The position numbers were made by a program, and so were the translations under genes. This document shows, piece after piece, positions 57,319-61,736 of a stretch of DNA of 61,736 bases. Origin of the DNA: Gemmatimonadota bacterium (GTDB taxonomy: Bacteria > Gemmatimonadota > Gemmatimonadetes > Palauibacterales > Palauibacteraceae); contig JAZGCO010000084.1 of NCBI GenBank assembly GCA_036476995.1, positions 1-61,736 of the forward strand, written 5' to 3'. Below the pieces are notes generated by a model. The model saw nothing but the letters and a program-made list of their open reading frames with translations, made no database searches and had not been told where the DNA came from. Numbering within the stretch: position 1 is the first letter of the stretch; each line of letters begins with the position of its first letter.

Positions 57319-58374
57319 CTAGCCCATGATGACCGGGTCAACATGCGTGCCCGGCTCGAGCGCATCGGTGTGCACGAACACACGGCCGCTCTCCAATTTG
57401 AGCCTGTAAGTGGGAACCTTCTCCTCGAACGGTGGCGGAGACGTTCCGTTGTGAGGTTCGTACTGATATCCGTGCCACGGACACGTAACGCATCCATCCA
57501 CGATCCTTCCCTCACCCAGCGGGCCGCCCTGATGAGCGCATACGTTGGAAACGGCTGAGAGTTTGCCATCGTAGCGGAAGACGGCCACTCGCTCGTCACC
57601 GCCGACCGGGACGATTCGCGCGCGGTCGGTCCTAAAATCCTCCAGTGCGCCAGCGTCCAGCCACCCGCCGCCTGCGGCCGGAGTCGGGGCCTTCGCGTCC
57701 CGGCGCCACTCCCGCCAGCCGGTGATCGAGTGCAGGCTGACAACGACCACCAGGTTGAATCCTACGAGAATCGAATAGATCGGCGCTTCCTCGCTCTGCA
57801 GGGTCCCCAGGGCTACGTGCATGACGATTAGGCCGTACGCGACGTACACCAGCATGTGCAGGCCCTTCCACACCCGGGGAGTGAGGAAGTGAAGCCAGAA
57901 ATCGTGGCTGGTGACAGCCATTAGCAGCAGGATCGCCAGCCCCAGGACTCCTAGCACCTCGAACGGAAATCCGGTGAGTGAACTGAAGCCACCGGCCGAA
58001 TTGGAAAGGAAAACACCTTGGAGCTGGGTGAACTCCCCGAAATTGTAGTACAACCCCAGGACCTGCTTGGCATGGTAGAGGGCAACCAGAAACGTGAGCA
58101 CTCCGAAATGGCGCCGGTTGTACAGCAGCGGCAAGAACCTGCGGTCCAGCCGGGCCAACGGTCCGATGCAGAGGATGAGCGTGAGCATCAGGAAGGCGCA
58201 GCTCCCGTAGGCTCGCATCCCGATGATCCGGCTCTGGATCATGGGCCCGCCAGACCAATAGCTGGAGGCGAATTTTGTGAAGACGGCGATGTAGAGCGCC
58301 ACCCCCGCCACCAGGATGAGGTCGTATACGAGTTTGCTTCGGGTCCAGGTGACCGCCTTGTACCCGGCGCTCAT
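57319..58374 (-). CDS. Ferric-reductase-like (MsrQ/YedZ-type) heme TM domain fused to a C-terminal Rieske [2Fe-2S] domain
   Basis: Heme-ligand His pattern NRRHFGV..YH and WKGLH..VY....MH, plus Rieske CAHQGGPL...CPWH. Confidence 0.88.
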   Translation of the reverse strand: MSAGYKAVTWTRSKLVYDLILVAGVALYIAVFTKFASSYWSGGPMIQSRIIGMRAYGSCAFLMLTLILCIGPLARLDRRFLPLLYNRRHFGVLTFLVALYHAKQVLGLYYNFGEFTQLQGVFLSNSAGGFSSLTGFPFEVLGVLGLAILLLMAVTSHDFWLHFLTPRVWKGLHMLVYVAYGLIVMHVALGTLQSEEAPIYSILVGFNLVVVVSLHSITGWREWRRDAKAPTPAAGGGWLDAGALEDFRTDRARIVPVGGDERVAVFRYDGKLSAVSNVCAHQGGPLGEGRIVDGCVTCPWHGYQYEPHNGTSPPPFEEKVPTYRLKLESGRVFVHTDALEPGTHVDPVIMG

Positions 58375-58562
58375 GGGGCGCCTCCGGGCTGGGCCGGGGC
58401 CGGGGCCGCGGCTGTCTCCGCTGCAGCCGAAGCATTTCCCGGTTGCTGCGAGTCCACGGGCACGGCCGGTCTAAGCACCAGCGCCAACACGAAACCGAGA
58501 GGGAGGAGCACAGCCCAGGCGATCCAGATCCAGGCGTGCGCTCGTCGGTGAGCGGCCTGCAT
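58371..58562 (-). CDS. Small single-TM membrane protein
   Basis: MQAAHRRAHAWIW followed by a TM helix. GAGG RBS. Stop overlaps the next start by 4 bp. Confidence 0.7.
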   Translation of the reverse strand: MQAAHRRAHAWIWIAWAVLLPLGFVLALVLRPAVPVDSQQPGNASAAAETAAAPAPAQPGGAP

Positions 58563-58569
58563 ACGTGCC

Positions 58570-58785
58570 TCAGCCTTGCCCGCGAAAGCTCTTCAACATT
58601 CGCCAAGCGGTGAGGGGCCACAAAACAGTGGCACCCGGGATGAGGATCAGACGAAACAAGGGTCGAAGCCCGCGGGCTCCGTCATCCAACCTGCCGACAC
58701 CGACCGTTACGAAAATCAGCGCCGTGACCGCTCCAATAATGCCGTACAGCCTCGCGATGTTCAGAAGTGCGTCTACGGTTTCCAT
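58570..58785 (-). CDS. Small two-TM membrane protein
   Basis: GGAGGAG RBS before the ATG at 58785, and YGIIG...GVGRLD...FRLILIPG..LWP. Confidence 0.72.
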   Translation of the reverse strand: METVDALLNIARLYGIIGAVTALIFVTVGVGRLDDGARGLRPLFRLILIPGATVLWPLTAWRMLKSFRGQG

Positions 58786-58839
58786 ACGCTCCTCCCGCTG
58801 CCGGCGATCATACACGAAGACCTGGTTTGAGGCTAGTTT

Positions 58840-59778
58840 TCAGGTCCTGGCGTCTCGCGCACCGGTCGCGCCTTGCCGGCTCTCGCGCACGTACACGAGC
58901 GCTACACTTCCCACCACGATGCCCAGTCCTAACCAGCCCGTGGCGCTGAGCTCCTGACCAAACAGGACCAGCGCCAGCACGGTTCCCACCACCGGTTCGA
59001 TTGTAGCCGAGACCGCGGCCGGCGCCGCATCAATGCGCCTGACCGCCTCAAAGAAGAGGAAATTGGCAGCGATTATCGCTCCGAGTGAGAGCAGCGCCAC
59101 GTAGATCCATCCACCAGGCGTGCTAGGGGGTGCGAGGGAGCTACCGCTCAGTGGCAGAAGGATCGCGAGGAGTAGCGCAGCGCCTGAGATCTCGGCCGTT
59201 AGAACTGCGACCGCCCCGTAACGCGGCACCGCATACCTCGCCAGAAGCGTCGTTCCTGCGTATGCCAGCGCGGCCAATAGTCCTCCAACGATTCCCGACA
59301 CCTGGGTCTGCACACTTCCGGACACCGTCTGGGCCCCGCTTCCCCCGGCCACCGTCAGACCGGCTCCCACACCTACAGCGACCGCGAGCGCGAGTCGCAG
59401 CGGAGTGATCCGCTCTCGGAGAATCGGAAGAGCTAGTAGCGTGACCAGAAAGGGCGCCGTGTAGAGGAGTGCCGCCGCCCCCGCTACCCCGGCTCCGGCG
59501 ATCGCGAATTGATAGGCGACCTCGAACAGCGCTACCATCGCGCCCCCGCCCAGTCCCACGATTAGGAACCCGTGGAGGGGCATGCGGGGCCAGTGTCTCT
59601 TCACGGCGACATAGGCCAGAAGACCTGCGGCGGCGACCAGGACTCGCCAGAAACCGACGGAGGTGAGTTCTGCCCCTTCGGCATACAGGGCGGTGCTGAG
59701 CGGACCGGTAGTTCCCCACAGTGTGCCAGCCGCCAGCGCGAACAAGTAGCCAGCTATGTGAGGCCGATTGCGTAGCAT
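58840..59778 (-). CDS. EamA/DMT family transporter
   Basis: About 10 TM helices, with LWGT, LLYTAP, LRERI, EPVV and FGQEL motifs. Confidence 0.9.
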   Translation of the reverse strand: MLRNRPHIAGYLFALAAGTLWGTTGPLSTALYAEGAELTSVGFWRVLVAAAGLLAYVAVKRHWPRMPLHGFLIVGLGGGAMVALFEVAYQFAIAGAGVAGAAALLYTAPFLVTLLALPILRERITPLRLALAVAVGVGAGLTVAGGSGAQTVSGSVQTQVSGIVGGLLAALAYAGTTLLARYAVPRYGAVAVLTAEISGAALLLAILLPLSGSSLAPPSTPGGWIYVALLSLGAIIAANFLFFEAVRRIDAAPAAVSATIEPVVGTVLALVLFGQELSATGWLGLGIVVGSVALVYVRESRQGATGARDART

Positions 59779-59895
59779 GGCCGCAATCTAGTCGGCAGCA
59801 AGCCCTTCCACAGTCGGTTGTTGCTCCCGGAGCGCGTCGGCCCGATTTTCCGACCGGGGCGTAGTGGTACAGTCAACCTGGACCGCGAGGACGAA

Positions 59896-60354
59896 ATGGA
59901 AAGCGCCGAAATCTGGCTCACGCCGCTCATTCTGCTTCCAGGAGTCGCACTGCTCGTACTCTCTACGTCCATCCGGTATTCACGCCTTCACGATGAGTTT
60001 CACTCCGCGCAGCATCACGCCGCATCTCATTCGGTCTCGGTCATGAGCCGCCTGATGCACAGGGCGACTCTGTTCCGCAACGCTCTCGTGTGCCTGTACG
60101 CCAGCGTCGTCCTGTTTACCGCAGCCAGTCTCGTGGGCGCGCTGATCGGCCTGTGGGGAGACCTGCCGGTCCGAGCCGTGGTTCTAACACTTGCGAGCAC
60201 GGGAACAATGGGCGTGGTTGCGGCGGCTGTACTGCTGGTACGGGAGGCGTTCGAATCGCTGGAGGTGATCCGGGATCATGCGACCGAGATCGCGGGCCAG
60301 GATTCGGGCCGTGCCGCGGCGGCACCCAGCGGACAGCGAGGAGACCTGGAATGA
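59896..60354 (+). CDS. DUF2721-like three-TM membrane protein
   Basis: [21 protein letters not shown]...R..L.RNAL..LY pattern. Confidence 0.7.
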   Translation: MESAEIWLTPLILLPGVALLVLSTSIRYSRLHDEFHSAQHHAASHSVSVMSRLMHRATLFRNALVCLYASVVLFTAASLVGALIGLWGDLPVRAVVLTLASTGTMGVVAAAVLLVREAFESLEVIRDHATEIAGQDSGRAAAAPSGQRGDLE

Positions 60355-61019
60355 CGACAGATCCGGGCTTTGTCGAGCTGTCGTTTCGGGAATACGAAGT
60401 GGCCGAAATGCGTTCGCGTGCGGCTGAAGCTTACGCCGAGCTCGACCGGCGGCGTACCGTACGCCAGTTCGCCGACCGTCCGGTTCCCATCGAAATCATC
60501 CAGGACTGCATCCGAGCTGCCGGGACGGCTCCAAGCGGTGCCCACCAGCAGCCCTGGCACTTCGCCGTCGTCGGAGACTCCGCGGTCAAGACGCAGATCC
60601 GAGCGGCGGCCGAAGAAGAGGAGCGCTCTTTGTACGGAGGGCGCGCGCCACAGGAGTGGCTCGACATCCTGGCTCCTCTCGGCACCGACGAGAACAAGCC
60701 GTTCCTGGAGACGGCCCCGTGGCTCATAGCCATCTTTGCCCGCAGCTACGGGATCGACCCCTCGGGACAGCGCGTGAAGCACTACTACGTCCAAGAATCC
60801 GTCGGCATAGCTACCGGACTGCTGATCTCGGCGGTGCACCGGGCCGGTCTGGCGTCACTGACCCACACTCCGAGCCCTATGGGATTCCTGAACCAGATCC
60901 TGGGGCGCCCGACCAACGAGCGCCCGTACCTGCTCCTGGTCGTCGGGTATCCGGCTCCAGGCGCCGTGGTTCCGGATCTGAAAAGGAAGGAACTAAGCGA
61001 GATCGCTTCCTTCATGTAA
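60351..61019 (+). CDS. Iodotyrosine deiodinase-like flavoprotein (nitroreductase superfamily)
   Basis: [50 protein letters not shown] and LTHTPSPM motifs. ATG overlaps the upstream stop. Confidence 0.9.
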   Translation: MTTDPGFVELSFREYEVAEMRSRAAEAYAELDRRRTVRQFADRPVPIEIIQDCIRAAGTAPSGAHQQPWHFAVVGDSAVKTQIRAAAEEEERSLYGGRAPQEWLDILAPLGTDENKPFLETAPWLIAIFARSYGIDPSGQRVKHYYVQESVGIATGLLISAVHRAGLASLTHTPSPMGFLNQILGRPTNERPYLLLVVGYPAPGAVVPDLKRKELSEIASFM

Positions 61020-61177
61020 GGAACCTGGACCGGTGCTCCTAGCGGTCAGCGACGAGCCGCAGAGCCTGACCCTGGACCAGTTCGCCGACATGATGCAGGA
61101 TCGTCAGCCGTGGCCCGCGTCGGCCGCAGCGTGTACTCGGGGCGGAACGGTGACGCGCCAGATACGTTGTGACACAT

Positions 61178-61507
61178 ATGACAACAACGATCAGCATCAC
61201 GCATACGCCGACCGGGACGCTGCTGGCGCGCGGCCCCAAGGGCTGGGGCATCACGCCCTTCGAGGGCAACCTGTATATTGGCCGCAAGCACCTCGTCACG
61301 GATGGATTCAAGCAGAACTGGATTCCGGGCCTCTGCGTCTACAAGTTCCTGTACGTGTGGATGGATCTGCATCTTCCCGGCGGCGGGAAGGTCAGAGGGC
61401 TTGGCTGGATGTACTGGCTTCCCAACCCCCTGTTTCCGTTCATCTGGTACCGCGTGGGTGTACCGCGCCATCACCCCGAACTCAGCGTGACTGAAGAGCC
61501 AGCATAA
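61178..61507 (+). CDS. DUF427-like small protein
   Basis: EGNLY, CVYK...Y and GWMY..P......I..RV resemble the DUF427 EGN-YF/CPWKG/AWxY-P pattern. Confidence 0.6.
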   Translation: MTTTISITHTPTGTLLARGPKGWGITPFEGNLYIGRKHLVTDGFKQNWIPGLCVYKFLYVWMDLHLPGGGKVRGLGWMYWLPNPLFPFIWYRVGVPRHHPELSVTEEPA

Positions 61508-61552
61508 GCGCGCCGTTGAGCATGGGTTGAGGGCCGGCTCCACCCTCCACGC

Positions 61553-61736
61553 ATGCTCGAGGTCGTACAAACTGCGTCGCTGCTGGGGCTGGAGGTCACT
61601 CCGGTCCGGACCGAAGTGTCGATTCGGCGTGGCACCCCGATGATTCAGATCCTCGGCATGCCCGCTTCCGATGCTCGCCAGGTAACGGAGCGAATCCGGG
61701 CCGTGGCGTCTTTCCTGGATCTTCACGTTCCTGGAC
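61553..61736 (+). CDS. YifB/ComM Mg-chelatase-like AAA ATPase, 5' fragment running off the window
   Basis: MLEVVQTASLLGLEVTPVRTEVSIRRGTPMIQILGMP...ERIRA matches the family N-terminus. Not in the ORF track because it has no stop in the window. Confidence 0.75.
   Translation, partial: MLEVVQTASLLGLEVTPVRTEVSIRRGTPMIQILGMPASDARQVTERIRAVASFLDLHVPG

Noticed and set aside
59854-59880. CGGGGCGTAG resembling a tRNA 5' end
   Set aside because: No D-arm, anticodon arm or T-arm follows. More likely promoter sequence (TG-G-TACAGT).
61020-61177. Coding-like stretch (LLAVSDEPQSLTLDQFADMMQ) between IYD and the DUF427-like gene
   Set aside because: It could be a gene remnant, but I recognise no family and the ORF overlaps the next gene out of frame.

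Overview
High-GC bacterial chromosomal window that is almost entirely housekeeping genes. The gene order suggests Gemmatimonadota or a similar diderm lineage (inference only). A long + strand run from about 0.5 to 47 kb carries dtd, maf, glpK, ltaE, dodecin, recA-recX-alaS, a PHP tyrosine phosphatase, cca, hflX, pdxJ, ispE, tRNA-Gln, prs-rplY-pth, a membrane pyrophosphatase, rpsF-rpsR-rplI, a DAK2-DegV fusion, rsfS, two SPOR proteins, smc, a DAHP synthase, SRP RNA, dnaX-ybaB-recR, an MglA-like GTPase, pgsA, pncC and grpE-dnaJ. A - strand run follows: mnmA, a cysteine desulfurase, bshB1, a YknWXYZ/MacAB-like exporter and a four-gene membrane redox module. The window ends with a short + strand block holding an iodotyrosine-deiodinase-like flavoprotein and the 5' end of a YifB/ComM gene. 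I saw no CRISPR array, transposase, integrase or prophage. The main leads are: (1) an uncharacterised operon of an MsrQ-like heme/Rieske fusion, a Cys/His-motif membrane-anchored protein and two small membrane proteins, next to a halotyrosine dehalogenase; (2) an MglA with both hydrolysis-critical positions substituted (G21F, Q82R) and no adjacent mglB; (3) a multi-hairpin candidate ncRNA at the window start, followed by a phased DnaA-box array; (4) a transmembrane pseudo-ATPase-SPOR protein coupled to smc; (5) an SRP RNA with a pentaloop; (6) an AAA-ATPase pseudogene that has lost its whole catalytic core. All calls come from reading motifs by eye. No database searches were run.
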